The notes under the pieces were generated by a model. It did no database searches and was not told the DNA's origin. It was given only the letters and a program-made list of their open reading frames with translations. From an uncultured Clostridiaceae bacterium (lineage in GTDB: Bacteria; Bacillota; Clostridia; TANB77; CAG-465): DNA of 56,758 nucleotides. How positions within the stretch are numbered: position 1 is the first letter of the stretch; each line of letters opens with the position of its first letter. Positions 38,615-48,990 of this stretch are shown piece after piece. The stretch is from positions 704 through 57,461 of the forward strand of contig CAZQJQ010000002.1 in assembly GCA_964593045.1 (NCBI GenBank). The letters run 5' to 3'. The translations under genes and the position numbers were made by a program.

Positions 38615-38655
38615 AAATAGTAGTCCACGTAAAAAAATTACGTGGACTACTATTT
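38615..38655 (-). terminator. long perfect hairpin downstream of the DUF378 gene
   Basis: 18-bp perfect stem (38615-38632/38638-38655) with loop aaaaa. The T-run is weak on both strands, so terminator function is inferred from position only. Confidence 0.45.
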
Positions 38656-38666
38656 AGATGACTTTG

Positions 38667-38873
38667 TTATTCTTTCTCATCTGTAACTTTGTCATAAAAA
38701 GCAAAAGACCATAATGCTGCTATACCTACAAGTGTATATATTATTCTACTAAGTGCAGAAGTTGAACCACCAAATATAGTAGCAATTAAGTCAAATTTAA
38801 AGAGACCAATTAATCCCCAATTTATCGCACCTATTATGACAAGAGTAAGAAAAATACTATTTAAAGCCTTCAT
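38667..38873 (-). CDS. DUF378 family small membrane protein
   Basis: I place the start at ATG 38873, preceded by TAGGAGGT; the track start translates the SD. 68 aa. LVIIGAINWGLIGLFKFDL is the DUF378 hallmark. Confidence 0.75.
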   Translation of the reverse strand: MKALNSIFLTLVIIGAINWGLIGLFKFDLIATIFGGSTSALSRIIYTLVGIAALWSFAFYDKVTDEKE

Positions 38874-38957
38874 AATAATACCTCCTAGCAAATAAAATTG
38901 CCTATTTATATATTGTGCATTTTTTAAATCATTATACTACTAGAAAGTTTATATATA

Positions 38958-39770
38958 TTATTTATTTATATATTGTTCATATAAAATTATTCCTCCTGCA
39001 ATAGCGACATTCAGGGATTCAGCTGTACTCTCCATTTGTATTTTTATATATTCATCGCATAGTTTTGATATTTCACTTGAGATACCATTTGCTTCATTTC
39101 CAAGTACAAAGATACTTTTTTTTGAAAAATTGAAATTTTTTAAATTATTTTCTGTATTTAATATACTACCAATTAAACTATAGCCATGTTTTTTAAATTG
39201 ATTTAAATTCACTTTAAAATCATCTATATCTATTTCAAAAATATTCACTCTGAGTATTGATGACATTGTAGATCTTAAAACTTTTTGAGAATATATGTCA
39301 GCTGTGTTATTTGTACATATTATATTTTTTATTCCAAAAGCATCAGCTGTTCTAATTAATGTACCAATATTTCCTTGATCTTTTAAACCATCTAGAAGCA
39401 AAATATTGTCATTATAACTTACGTTCTTAATATCTTCTTTCCTTAATTTTATAACTACAAGAACTCCTTGGGTAGTTACTGTTTCAGTCATACTTTTAAA
39501 AATTTCTTCTTTTATATTTATTATTTGTATTTTTTTTAAATTCATTATTTTTTTTAAAAGTTTATCTGAACCATTTAAATTATTTAATATATCATATGAG
39601 TAAGCGATAAACTCAATGTCTATCGCTCCATTTTCATATATATCTAAGGCTTCACTTACCACCTTAATTCCTTCAAGATAATACGCCCCATATTTTTTTC
39701 TGTACTTTTTGTCATTTAGGCTTTTAATATATTTTACTTTTTCATTAGATTTACTTGTTATATATTCCAT
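38958..39770 (-). CDS. TrmH/SpoU-family RNA 2'-O-methyltransferase (RlmB-like)
   Basis: I place the start at ATG 39770 (MEYITSKSNEKVKYIKSL...), with GGAG 8 nt upstream. C-terminal SPOUT motifs LLLDGLKDQGNIGTLIRTADAFG, FVLGNEANGIS, ESLNVAIAGGIILYE. Confidence 0.8.
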   Translation of the reverse strand: MEYITSKSNEKVKYIKSLNDKKYRKKYGAYYLEGIKVVSEALDIYENGAIDIEFIAYSYDILNNLNGSDKLLKKIMNLKKIQIINIKEEIFKSMTETVTTQGVLVVIKLRKEDIKNVSYNDNILLLDGLKDQGNIGTLIRTADAFGIKNIICTNNTADIYSQKVLRSTMSSILRVNIFEIDIDDFKVNLNQFKKHGYSLIGSILNTENNLKNFNFSKKSIFVLGNEANGISSEISKLCDEYIKIQMESTAESLNVAIAGGIILYEQYINK

Positions 39771-39783
39771 AGATATAACTCCA

Positions 39784-40896
39784 TTACTCATTTTCAGTTG
39801 TAGTTGTAGTTGTATCTTCATCTGTTGTAGTTGTATCTTCATCTGTTGTTGTTGTTGTACTATCATCTTCATCAGATGGATAACTTCCTGTTATTTCATA
39901 TACTACTTTATTAACTACATCATCATTTACTTCTAATTGTTCCCACATTACATCTATAATTTTTGAATTTACGTAGTTTGATCTTTCAGTAGTACTATTT
40001 GCTCTACCATTTTCATTAATACTTTCAAGTTTTATTATATGATAACCATAATCTGATTCAACTAATGTAGAATAAATTTCACCAGCTTTTAGTGTTTTAA
40101 CTGCATCTTCATATTCTGTTACAGTGCTATCATCCATATACATTTTATATTCTCCGCCATCTTCACTTGTTCCAGAATCATCTGAGTTCTCTTTTGCAAG
40201 AGTTGCAAAATCTTCACCTGCTTTAACTTTTGCAAGTATTTCTTCTGCTTTTGTTTTTGCTTCTGCTTTTTCTTCATCAGTAAGTTCCGAACCTGTTGTT
40301 GAATCAGTTGTTGAGAATAATATTTGTCTTGTAACATATTCATTTAGGTCAGCATCTTCTCCATATGTTTCTTTTATATATGCTATCATATCATCATTTG
40401 AAACATCTGCTTCTAATTTTTCAATATAATTATTTATTATATTGTCTTGATAGTATAGCTCTTTCATTTTATCAGGATCTATACCTTGTTCAACAAGTGA
40501 ACTTACTTGATCTTCATCAGCAAATATTTCATCAACTTCTTGTTTTTGTTCATCTGTTTGAGTTATACCTGCTTCCTTTGCTTTTAAATAAAGCATTTTA
40601 TCAACACCTGCTTTTTGTGCTATATATTCAGGTATCTGTGTTTCTGAATATCCATAATATGACAACGTTTCAGCAAATATTTTATAATATATTGAATATT
40701 CTGCTTTTGTAACTTTACCACCTTCAAACGTTACTACTGCTTCTACATTTGCTTTGTAATAGTAAAATCCAAAAATTCCTCCTGCTGCAAGTAATACCGC
40801 TACTATTAAAGAAATTATTACAACTTTTTCTTTATTTACGGAATATTTTTTTAGTTGTTTAACTGCTCCTTCTTGATTTTCCTGTTTTTCTTTCAT
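39784..40896 (-). CDS. prsA: PrsA-like peptidylprolyl isomerase (parvulin-type foldase) with Thr/Asp/Glu-repeat tail
   Basis: 370 aa. N-terminal TM anchor, SurA-like region, parvulin domain (RQILFST ... GEDFATLAKENSDD ... GYHIIKL), and a C-terminal DEDDSTTTTTDEDTTTTDEDTTTTTTENE. Confidence 0.72.
   Translation of the reverse strand: MKEKQENQEGAVKQLKKYSVNKEKVVIISLIVAVLLAAGGIFGFYYYKANVEAVVTFEGGKVTKAEYSIYYKIFAETLSYYGYSETQIPEYIAQKAGVDKMLYLKAKEAGITQTDEQKQEVDEIFADEDQVSSLVEQGIDPDKMKELYYQDNIINNYIEKLEADVSNDDMIAYIKETYGEDADLNEYVTRQILFSTTDSTTGSELTDEEKAEAKTKAEEILAKVKAGEDFATLAKENSDDSGTSEDGGEYKMYMDDSTVTEYEDAVKTLKAGEIYSTLVESDYGYHIIKLESINENGRANSTTERSNYVNSKIIDVMWEQLEVNDDVVNKVVYEITGSYPSDEDDSTTTTTDEDTTTTDEDTTTTTTENE
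39803..39844. repeat. perfect 2 x 21-nt tandem repeat inside the prsA-like 3' end
   Basis: gttgtagttgtatcttcatct at 39803-39823 and 39824-39844, flanked by partial GTT-rich copies (39797-39858). Each unit encodes DEDTTTT on the minus strand. Confidence 0.85.
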
Positions 40897-40916
40897 TTCT
40901 ACTCCACCTTTTCCTC

Positions 40917-43900
40917 TTAATTTTTTAGCATATCTTCTATTTGAGATATTGCTATCTGTACAAAAGCAAGTATATCATTATTACTTTCTTTTGTCAACCA
41001 AAATTTCAAATTACTTGGCTCAAATACTAAGTAATTATTTTTAATAGAGATTTTTGTTATTCCAATTTCTCTTGATTTGTTTCTTATCTCTACTACTTTA
41101 AATAAATTTTCTGTTTCTTTTGGTATATCTCCATACCTGTCTATTAACTCATCTATTACTATGAGTGCATCTTCTTTTGTTTGTATATTTGATATTTTTT
41201 GATATATCATTATCTTTTGTGTTAAATCAGATATATATCTATCAGAAATATATGCTGAAACATTTATATCTATTTTTACATCTATATTTGAATCTTTTTG
41301 AGAATTTGTTATTCCAACACCTAATTTTTCATCATTTAATGCTCTTTCTAACATTGATACATATAATTCATAACCTACTGAAGCTATATGACCACTTTGT
41401 TCACTTCCAAGTAAATTACCAGCTCCACGAATTTCTAAATCACGCATTGCTATTTTAAAACCACTACCAAATTCAGTAAAATCTTTTATTGCTTTTAATC
41501 TTTTTTCTGCTATCTCTGATATCTGTTTATTTTTGTTATATGTTATATATGCATATGCAAGTCTACTAGATCTTCCAACTCTGCCTCGTATTTGATATAA
41601 CTGAGCAAGCCCTAATTTATCTGCTTCTTCTACTATTATGGTATTTGCATTTTGTATATCTATTCCAGATTCTAGTATTGTTGTACATACTATTACATCT
41701 ATTTCATGTTCCATAAATTTTATCATTATATCTTCAATCATATCAGGTGGCATTTGACCATGTGCAAATACAACTCTTGCATCTTTTACCATGCTCTGTA
41801 CTTTTGTTGCAACTTCTTCTATTTTGTCAACCCTGTTATATATGTAGAATACTTGACCATCTCTTGATAACTCTTTTTCTATCGCTTCTTTTATAACATC
41901 ATAGTCATATTCTAATACATATGTATGTACCGGCATTCTTTCAAGTGGTGGCTTAGTAAGGGTACTCATGCTTCTTACTCCAATCATAGACATATGTAAT
42001 GTTCTAGGTATTGGGGTTGCTGTCATTGATAATACATCTACATTTTCTTTTAGTTTTTTTATAGTTTCTTTTGCTCTTACACCAAATCTATGCTCTTCAT
42101 CTATTACAAGAAAACCCAAATTTGAAAATTGTACATCTTTGGACAACATTCTATGTGTTCCAATTACAACATCAACTTCTCCAGAATTTAATTTTTGAAT
42201 AATTTGATCTTGTTTTGATTTTTTCACAAACCTACTTAGCATTTCAACTTTAATCGAAAATTTTTCCATTCTTTCTTTAAAAGTCCTATACTGTTGTAAG
42301 CAAAGAACTGTTGTTGGTACTAGATATGCAACTTGTTTGGAATCCATTACTGCTTTAAAAGCGGCCCTTAATGCTAGTTCAGTTTTACCATAACCAACAT
42401 CTCCACAAAGTAATCTATCCATTGGTATTTCTTCTTCCATGTCTTGTTTTATTTCTTCAATTGCTTGTTTTTGATCATCGGTTAATTCATACTTAAAATT
42501 ATCTTCAAATTCTTTTTGCCATGGTGTATCTTTTGAAAATTTAAATCCTTTAGCATTTTTTCTTTTAGCATATAATATGATCAATTCTTTTGCTATTTCC
42601 TTTACGTGTTCAGATACCTTTCGTTTTGTTTTTTGCCACTGTTTACTTCCAAGCGTATTTAAAATAGGTTTTGAGTTATCATCACACATATATTTTTTTA
42701 CACTATCTAATTGAGTTATAGGGACATAAAGGGTTGCGTTATTTTCATATTCAATTTTTATATAATCTTTATATACTCCATATATTTCAACTGTATCTAT
42801 TCCTTTATATATTCCTATACCATGATTTTCATGTACTACATAATCTCCTATTTCTAAATCATCATATGAATTTATTATCTGTCCTTCAAAATTTTTATTT
42901 AACTTTTTCTTTTTAGATATGTTACTAAGTCCTGATACCTCTTCTGCTACTAATACAAAATTAAAATCTTCATATACATAGCCACTAGATAAAATTCCTG
43001 TTGTTATATATATTTTATTTTTTTCAAATTTTTCTACAACCGATGTATTTTCTATATATGTTATATTACGAACGCCACTATCTATTAATATATTTTTTAT
43101 CTGCTCTACCCTAGCCATTGATGGATATACAAGTAGTACTATTTTTTCTTCTTTTTTCCAGTTTTGTAAGTCTTGTATAAGTATATCCACTGAGCTACGA
43201 AAAAAGTTGACCTCCCTACAGCTAAAGCTGTACTCTTTTCTTTTCGCATGCAGGATCCTATCTGTATTTAATGTTTCTAAATACACATTTGTCATATGTT
43301 TAAATTTTTGTTCTAATTCTTCAAATGTTAAATTTTTTATAGCGTATCGTATATCTAAATATTCTTTTTCAGAAAGCATTTTTAAGGTTTCACTATTTTC
43401 ATAACATATATTTTTACATCTAGTAATACTTCTTACAATTTCATCAATATATATAACATAATTATCTAAATAATCTAATAAAGTACTTTGTTTATCTACG
43501 AATAGTTCAAAATATTTATATATGGTATTTTCATAATTTTCATCTTCTATTTTTTTTATATCTTCTTCTATCTTTTCTTTTAAATTAGATGATATTTTTT
43601 TATCATTTGATACCTCATTTAATTTTTCTACTACTTCAGTTATTTTTTCGTTATCAAAAATATATTCGGATGCATATGAAATTTCAATACTATCTACAGT
43701 ATTTATGCTTTTTTGTGTTTCAATATTGAACTGACGAATACTATCTATTTCATCTCCAAACAACTCTATTCTATACGGTATATCTGTATCAACAAGAAAT
43801 ATATCTAATATACCACCACGTACAGCAAACTGACCTTTTCCTTCTACTATACTTGTCCTTTTATATCCTAGCCTATCTAACTTTTTGACTAGCTCTTCTA

Positions 43901-44351
43901 AATTTACACTACTATCTTTATTTAATTTAATATTCAGGCCAATATATGTTTCTTTTGGCATCATTTTTTGAGTTAATGCATCAATTGTGGTTACAACAAT
44001 TATATTTTCCTTAGATAATATCTTTTGCGTTGCATATATTCTAGCATTTTCAATTTCTCTACTTTGTGCTGATATATCATAATATACAATTTCTCTTGCT
44101 GGAAAATATACTATTTCTATATCACTATAAAATTTAAGATCCTGAATTGTTTTTCTTGCTTGCATTACATTTGTACAAACAAATATACTTGGTCGTTTGC
44201 TATATACAGCTAAGCTATATACCATATGTGCTTTTTGTGAATTCGTAAGGCCTATTATGCTAATATCATTATCTCCTTTTAAATTTGATATATCATCTAA
44301 CAGTCTTTTATACTTTGTATGCTTTGGCAAATCTATTATTAATGGATTCAA
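40917..44351 (-). CDS. mfd: transcription-repair coupling factor
   Basis: 1144 aa. UvrB-homology N-terminus, RNAP-interaction domain, SF2 translocase motifs (LLCGDVGYGKTE, VIDEEHRFG, TATPIPRT), TRG motif. Confidence 0.95.
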   Translation of the reverse strand: MNPLIIDLPKHTKYKRLLDDISNLKGDNDISIIGLTNSQKAHMVYSLAVYSKRPSIFVCTNVMQARKTIQDLKFYSDIEIVYFPAREIVYYDISAQSREIENARIYATQKILSKENIIVVTTIDALTQKMMPKETYIGLNIKLNKDSSVNLEELVKKLDRLGYKRTSIVEGKGQFAVRGGILDIFLVDTDIPYRIELFGDEIDSIRQFNIETQKSINTVDSIEISYASEYIFDNEKITEVVEKLNEVSNDKKISSNLKEKIEEDIKKIEDENYENTIYKYFELFVDKQSTLLDYLDNYVIYIDEIVRSITRCKNICYENSETLKMLSEKEYLDIRYAIKNLTFEELEQKFKHMTNVYLETLNTDRILHAKRKEYSFSCREVNFFRSSVDILIQDLQNWKKEEKIVLLVYPSMARVEQIKNILIDSGVRNITYIENTSVVEKFEKNKIYITTGILSSGYVYEDFNFVLVAEEVSGLSNISKKKKLNKNFEGQIINSYDDLEIGDYVVHENHGIGIYKGIDTVEIYGVYKDYIKIEYENNATLYVPITQLDSVKKYMCDDNSKPILNTLGSKQWQKTKRKVSEHVKEIAKELIILYAKRKNAKGFKFSKDTPWQKEFEDNFKYELTDDQKQAIEEIKQDMEEEIPMDRLLCGDVGYGKTELALRAAFKAVMDSKQVAYLVPTTVLCLQQYRTFKERMEKFSIKVEMLSRFVKKSKQDQIIQKLNSGEVDVVIGTHRMLSKDVQFSNLGFLVIDEEHRFGVRAKETIKKLKENVDVLSMTATPIPRTLHMSMIGVRSMSTLTKPPLERMPVHTYVLEYDYDVIKEAIEKELSRDGQVFYIYNRVDKIEEVATKVQSMVKDARVVFAHGQMPPDMIEDIMIKFMEHEIDVIVCTTILESGIDIQNANTIIVEEADKLGLAQLYQIRGRVGRSSRLAYAYITYNKNKQISEIAEKRLKAIKDFTEFGSGFKIAMRDLEIRGAGNLLGSEQSGHIASVGYELYVSMLERALNDEKLGVGITNSQKDSNIDVKIDINVSAYISDRYISDLTQKIMIYQKISNIQTKEDALIVIDELIDRYGDIPKETENLFKVVEIRNKSREIGITKISIKNNYLVFEPSNLKFWLTKESNNDILAFVQIAISQIEDMLKN

Positions 44352-44389
44352 TGAATTTCTCTCCTTTCAACCATATCAATATTATATTA

Positions 44390-46411
44390 TTAACTTTTGT
44401 TTTCAATAAGTTTTAAAAATTCATCAATAGTTAAAATATTAATTCCTAGTTCATTTGCTTTTTTTAGTTTAGATCCTGAATCTTCACCAGATATTAAAAA
44501 AGAAGTCTTTTTAGATACTGAATTTACAAATTTACCAGCATTTTCTTCTATTATTTTTACTATGTCATCTCTTGTATAGTTTTCAAAAGAACCAGTTATA
44601 CATATATTTTTATCTTTTAATATTTCTGATGATACTGTTACTTTTTCAGATAACATATTTACACCAGCAGCTTTTAATTTATCTATTAATTTAATAGTCT
44701 CTTTTTTTCTAAAAAATGTGTATACCGACTCTGCCATTATTTGTCCGTAATCTTCCAGTGAGTTTATTTCTTCTATCGTTGCATTCATTATTTCTTCTAT
44801 ACTTTCAAATTTTTTACAAAGTATATTTGCTGCTTTTTTACCTATGTGCCTTATTCCAAGTCCAAATATGACCTTATCTAGTGGATTGGATTTTGACTTT
44901 TCAATTGAATTTATTAAATTTATAGCTGATTTTTTATCAAACCTATCAAGTTTTAAAATATCTTCATATTTTATATAATATATATCAGCTATATCTTTTA
45001 AATATCCTAGTTCAATAAACCTATCAATTATTGCTTCACCAAGACCTACTATATCCATTGCATCACGAGATACAAAATGTATTAATGAACGATACAGAAG
45101 TGCTGGACACTCACTATTAGTACATCTAAGTGCAACTGTATCTTCTTCTTTTTCTAAGTTCTCACCACAAACAGGACAAATTTTAGGTACTTCATATTCT
45201 TTTTGTGCACCATCTCTTTTTTCTTTTACTACCTTAACAATTTCAGGAATAACATCACCTGCTTTTTGTATTAGGCAAGTATCACCTATACGTATATCTT
45301 TTTCTTTTATATAATCAAAATTATGAAGTGTTGTTTTAGATATAACAGAACCAGCTACTTTTACTGGCTCAAGTATTGCCATTGGTGTAACAACTCCTGT
45401 TCTTCCTACTTGAACTATAATATTCAAAACTTTTGTGTTTCTTTGTTCAGGTGGATACTTAAATGCAACTGCCCACTTTGGAACCTTAGATGTTTTACCC
45501 ATTTCTTCACGAATTTTTAAATTATTTACTGTAACAACTGCTCCATCTATATCATATTTTAGTGAGTCTCTAATTTTCCCTATTTCTTTTATATATTCTA
45601 TTACATTTTTAACACCAACACATACTTTACTATAATCTAACACTTTTATTCCTATACTTTTACAATACTCTAAACTTTCACTATGTGTCAAAAATTTCTT
45701 TGTAGTTGATTTTTGTACATTGAATATAAATATACTGAGGTTTCTAGATTTAACAAGTTCAGGATTTAATTGTCTTAAAGTACCTGCAGCAGCATTTCTT
45801 GGATTTGCAAGTACTGATTTTCCTTGTTTTTCAAGTTCAACATTTATTTTTTCAAATTCCTCACGTGGAAGATATACTTCACCTCTTACTTCAATTGTAT
45901 CATTTGTTTTAAGTTTATTTGGTATATCTTTTAGTTGTAATAAATTTTGTGTTACATCCTCTCCAACTTGACCATTACCCCTAGTTGAGCCTCTAACTAA
46001 TATACCATTTTCATATTCAAGAGATACAGATAATCCATCAATTTTTGTTGATACTTGAAATTGTATATCACTCCCATACTCATTAATTACTTTATTTACA
46101 AAATCTTCTACCTCTTTGTAATCAAAAACGTCTTGAAGACTTTGCATTAGAACGTCATGTTTTACCTCTGTAAACATATTGTTAACTTTACCTCCCACTT
46201 TTTGAGTAGGAGAAGTGGTCACTACATATTCAGGATGCAGTGACTCTAACTCTTTTAACTTTTTATTTAACATATCATATTCATAATCTGAAATTTCTGG
46301 GTTATCATCTTCATAATACCTCTTATTATGATATTCTATTTGTTTTCTTAAGTCTTCAATTTGACTTTTTATGTCTGTAGAAGAAAACATACTTAATTGT
46401 TCATTTTCCAT
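44390..46411 (-). CDS. ligA: NAD-dependent DNA ligase
   Basis: 673 aa. Adenylation Lys in STKIDGLSV, OB fold, Zn finger CPVCG...C..SEC, HhH repeats, C-terminal BRCT. Confidence 0.95.
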   Translation of the reverse strand: MENEQLSMFSSTDIKSQIEDLRKQIEYHNKRYYEDDNPEISDYEYDMLNKKLKELESLHPEYVVTTSPTQKVGGKVNNMFTEVKHDVLMQSLQDVFDYKEVEDFVNKVINEYGSDIQFQVSTKIDGLSVSLEYENGILVRGSTRGNGQVGEDVTQNLLQLKDIPNKLKTNDTIEVRGEVYLPREEFEKINVELEKQGKSVLANPRNAAAGTLRQLNPELVKSRNLSIFIFNVQKSTTKKFLTHSESLEYCKSIGIKVLDYSKVCVGVKNVIEYIKEIGKIRDSLKYDIDGAVVTVNNLKIREEMGKTSKVPKWAVAFKYPPEQRNTKVLNIIVQVGRTGVVTPMAILEPVKVAGSVISKTTLHNFDYIKEKDIRIGDTCLIQKAGDVIPEIVKVVKEKRDGAQKEYEVPKICPVCGENLEKEEDTVALRCTNSECPALLYRSLIHFVSRDAMDIVGLGEAIIDRFIELGYLKDIADIYYIKYEDILKLDRFDKKSAINLINSIEKSKSNPLDKVIFGLGIRHIGKKAANILCKKFESIEEIMNATIEEINSLEDYGQIMAESVYTFFRKKETIKLIDKLKAAGVNMLSEKVTVSSEILKDKNICITGSFENYTRDDIVKIIEENAGKFVNSVSKKTSFLISGEDSGSKLKKANELGINILTIDEFLKLIENKS

Positions 46412-46461
46412 AACTACCTCACATTTGTTTTTTGTTTTTAACTTTTTTTATTGAATTTTCA

Positions 46462-47076
46462 CTATTTTTCTACATTTATATATTTTTTAAATTTAATGAT
46501 ATAATCTACTAAAGACCAGATTGTTGCAATTACTGCAACTACAACCATTACTGACATAAATATATTTGCAAAAAGTGAAATTTCACTCATAAGAATTGAT
46601 TTTTGTATAAATATTCCGAATGATGCATATTTAAAGAATGCTAGGTTCACAAGAGCAAGTATTAATGCAAGCATTTGAGTGAATGTCTTTATTTTTCCGC
46701 TAAGTGATGCTGCAATAGTTTCATTTGCGTTTGCACCAAACATTCTTATAGAGTTAGCAAAGAAATCTCTTAGTATAATTACAACAGTTAAATAAACTGG
46801 AATAATATCTAAGCTTGTTAACATTATAAAGGCAGAAGCAACAAGCATCTTATCTGCTAATGGATCCATTATTTTTCCAAATTCTGTTACAAGATTATAT
46901 TTTCTAGATATTATTCCATCTATATAATCTGTAATTGCTGCTAGAAGAAATATTCCAAATGCAACATAGTTTGGCCATTTTAAATCTTGTGGTAAACACA
47001 TAAATACTACGAATATTGGTACTAGTATTATCCTTAACATTGTTAATTTGTTTGGTAAATTCATTTTTTTCAACAT
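46462..47076 (-). CDS. pgsA: CDP-diacylglycerol--glycerol-3-phosphate 3-phosphatidyltransferase
   Basis: 204 aa. NLPNKLTMLRI and the CDP-alcohol phosphatidyltransferase motif DYIDGIISRKYNLVTEFGKIMDPLADK. Confidence 0.9.
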   Translation of the reverse strand: MLKKMNLPNKLTMLRIILVPIFVVFMCLPQDLKWPNYVAFGIFLLAAITDYIDGIISRKYNLVTEFGKIMDPLADKMLVASAFIMLTSLDIIPVYLTVVIILRDFFANSIRMFGANANETIAASLSGKIKTFTQMLALILALVNLAFFKYASFGIFIQKSILMSEISLFANIFMSVMVVVAVIATIWSLVDYIIKFKKYINVEK

Positions 47077-47130
47077 AAAAATCCCTCTTTCTTATTATAT
47101 ATAAATTACATGTATGTAATTTAAACCTAA

Positions 47131-48552
47131 TTATTTTAGATCGTTTACAAGCTTTTTGAAATGATCTCCTCTTTCTTCAAAGTTTTTATACATATCAAAT
47201 GATGCACTAGCAGGTGACATCACAACAATATCTCCTTGTTTAGCTATACCTGAAGCATAATGTACACATTCCTCTAAAGAATTCATATCTATTATATCAC
47301 ATATTTGATTACTTGTTAGCTTTTGTTTTTTAGCTTCATTTAAAACAGCTTCTTTTATCTTAGGTGCAGTTTTTCCCAGTAGAATTAAAACACTTACCTT
47401 ATCAATAATATATTTACCTATATCATCATATGGTATGTTTTTATCATATCCACCTGCTATTAAAATTACTTTTTGATTAAATGCTACAAGGCCTGCGATT
47501 GTTCGAGTTGGACTCGTTCCAATAGAATCATTATACCATTTTACTCCATTTCTTTGCCTTACTAACTCCATTCTATGCTCTACACCCTTTAATGTTGTTA
47601 CTACTTTTTTTATATCTTCTATAGATACTAATGGTAAAACAGCACTAGAAGCAGCACAAATATTTGCTAAATTATGGATTCCAACTAATTTTACATCCTC
47701 TATTTTTGATATTATCTCTTCTTTTCCCTTAAAATTGGATACAATATATCCGTTTTTAAGGAAAACTGCATTCTTAGGTTCTTCTACAACACTAAAAAAT
47801 CTGACCTCATTTTCTATTTTTTTATTTGAAATGTATTCTAAATACCTTTTAGTATATTGATTATCTTTATTTAAAACTATAACATCACAATTTTTTTGAA
47901 AATTAAATATATTTGCTTTTGCATTAATATATTCATTAAAATCCCTGTGATAATCTAGATGGTTTGGTGATATATTTGTAATTACAGAAATATTAGGACT
48001 TTTTTTCATGGTCATAAGTTGAAAACTACTAAGTTCAAGTACTACTATATCTTCTTCTCTCATTTCATCTATTTTAGAAAAAAGAGGAAAACCAATATTT
48101 CCGCCAAGCCATACTTTGTATGATGCTTGTTCTAAAAACTTAGATACCAGTGTTGTTGTGGTGGTTTTACCATCACTACCAGTAATCCCAACAATTTTGC
48201 ATGGACAAAGTTCCATTAAAAGTTCAATCTCAGAAGTTATTTTTACACCTGCACTCCTTGCTTTTTCAAATTCCATTAAAAATGGTTTTATACCAGGTGA
48301 ACGCAGAATAACATCATACTTTTCTAAATTATTTAAATAATCTTTACCTAGTATGAAATTTACATTTAAATGTTTTAAAATATTACATTCATTACCAAGC
48401 ACTTCTTTTTTATCAAGAATAGTAACAAAAGCACCAAGCTCTAGCAAATACTTAGCTGCTGGTATATTGCTTATTCCTATACCAGCAAGTGCAACATTTT
48501 TACCTTTTATATATTTTTTAAATTCATTTAGTTTATAATTTACAAATTGCAT
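47131..48552 (-). CDS. murD: UDP-N-acetylmuramoylalanine--D-glutamate ligase
   Basis: 473 aa. Mur ligase P-loop GITGSDGKTTTT, HLDYH, C-terminal domain. Confidence 0.93.
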   Translation of the reverse strand: MQFVNYKLNEFKKYIKGKNVALAGIGISNIPAAKYLLELGAFVTILDKKEVLGNECNILKHLNVNFILGKDYLNNLEKYDVILRSPGIKPFLMEFEKARSAGVKITSEIELLMELCPCKIVGITGSDGKTTTTTLVSKFLEQASYKVWLGGNIGFPLFSKIDEMREEDIVVLELSSFQLMTMKKSPNISVITNISPNHLDYHRDFNEYINAKANIFNFQKNCDVIVLNKDNQYTKRYLEYISNKKIENEVRFFSVVEEPKNAVFLKNGYIVSNFKGKEEIISKIEDVKLVGIHNLANICAASSAVLPLVSIEDIKKVVTTLKGVEHRMELVRQRNGVKWYNDSIGTSPTRTIAGLVAFNQKVILIAGGYDKNIPYDDIGKYIIDKVSVLILLGKTAPKIKEAVLNEAKKQKLTSNQICDIIDMNSLEECVHYASGIAKQGDIVVMSPASASFDMYKNFEERGDHFKKLVNDLK

Positions 48553-48663
48553 ATTTTAAAACACCTTCTGAAACATTTACTATTATATTATATTACACAC
48601 ATTATTTCAATAGTATGACTAATATTTAACTGTTTTTTGCAAATGTTCATTTTAAGTTCACAT

Positions 48664-48697
48664 TAAAAAGCTTGTAATCTCTTAAATTACAAGCTTT
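48664..48697 (-). terminator. intrinsic terminator-like hairpin
   Basis: Perfect 12-bp stem aaagcttgtaat/attacaagcttt (48667-48678/48686-48697) with a 7-nt loop. Downstream of the DUF1540 gene. Confidence 0.5.
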
Positions 48698-48731
48698 ACA
48701 AAAAATATACATTATACAATATTTATTATTT

Positions 48732-48938
48732 TTATGTCTTTATACCACTTTTTTCTTCAACATTTAAATTGCCCGTATATCTATATTGTGAACATAGTGT
48801 TTCTTTATCTGCAGTTTTATCTCCTTTTAAATCACATGGAGCTACTTGTATTTTTTCTAGCCTACATGTACTATCATCAATACAATTATGAACGCAACTT
48901 GTAACATTACATTCTATTTTTTGCCAATGTTTTCCCAT
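48732..48938 (-). CDS. DUF1540 domain-containing small Cys-rich protein
   Basis: 68 aa. Repeated C.V..C.HN / C....I.V pattern (ECNVTSCVHNCIDDSTCRLEKIQVAPC). Confidence 0.7.
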   Translation of the reverse strand: MGKHWQKIECNVTSCVHNCIDDSTCRLEKIQVAPCDLKGDKTADKETLCSQYRYTGNLNVEEKSGIKT

Positions 48939-48990
48939 AATATCATCTCCTAAATATATTATGTGGAAAATTTTATTATATATTCAAAAT

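Noticed and set aside
39771-39872. Gln-rich N-terminal extension (MKMIVQQQQQMKIQLQQMKIQLQLQLK...) on the TrmH-family methyltransferase ORF.
   Set aside because: It is the out-of-frame reading of the 21-nt tandem repeat at the end of the prsA-like gene. A GGAG-preceded ATG at 39770 gives a normal-length methyltransferase.
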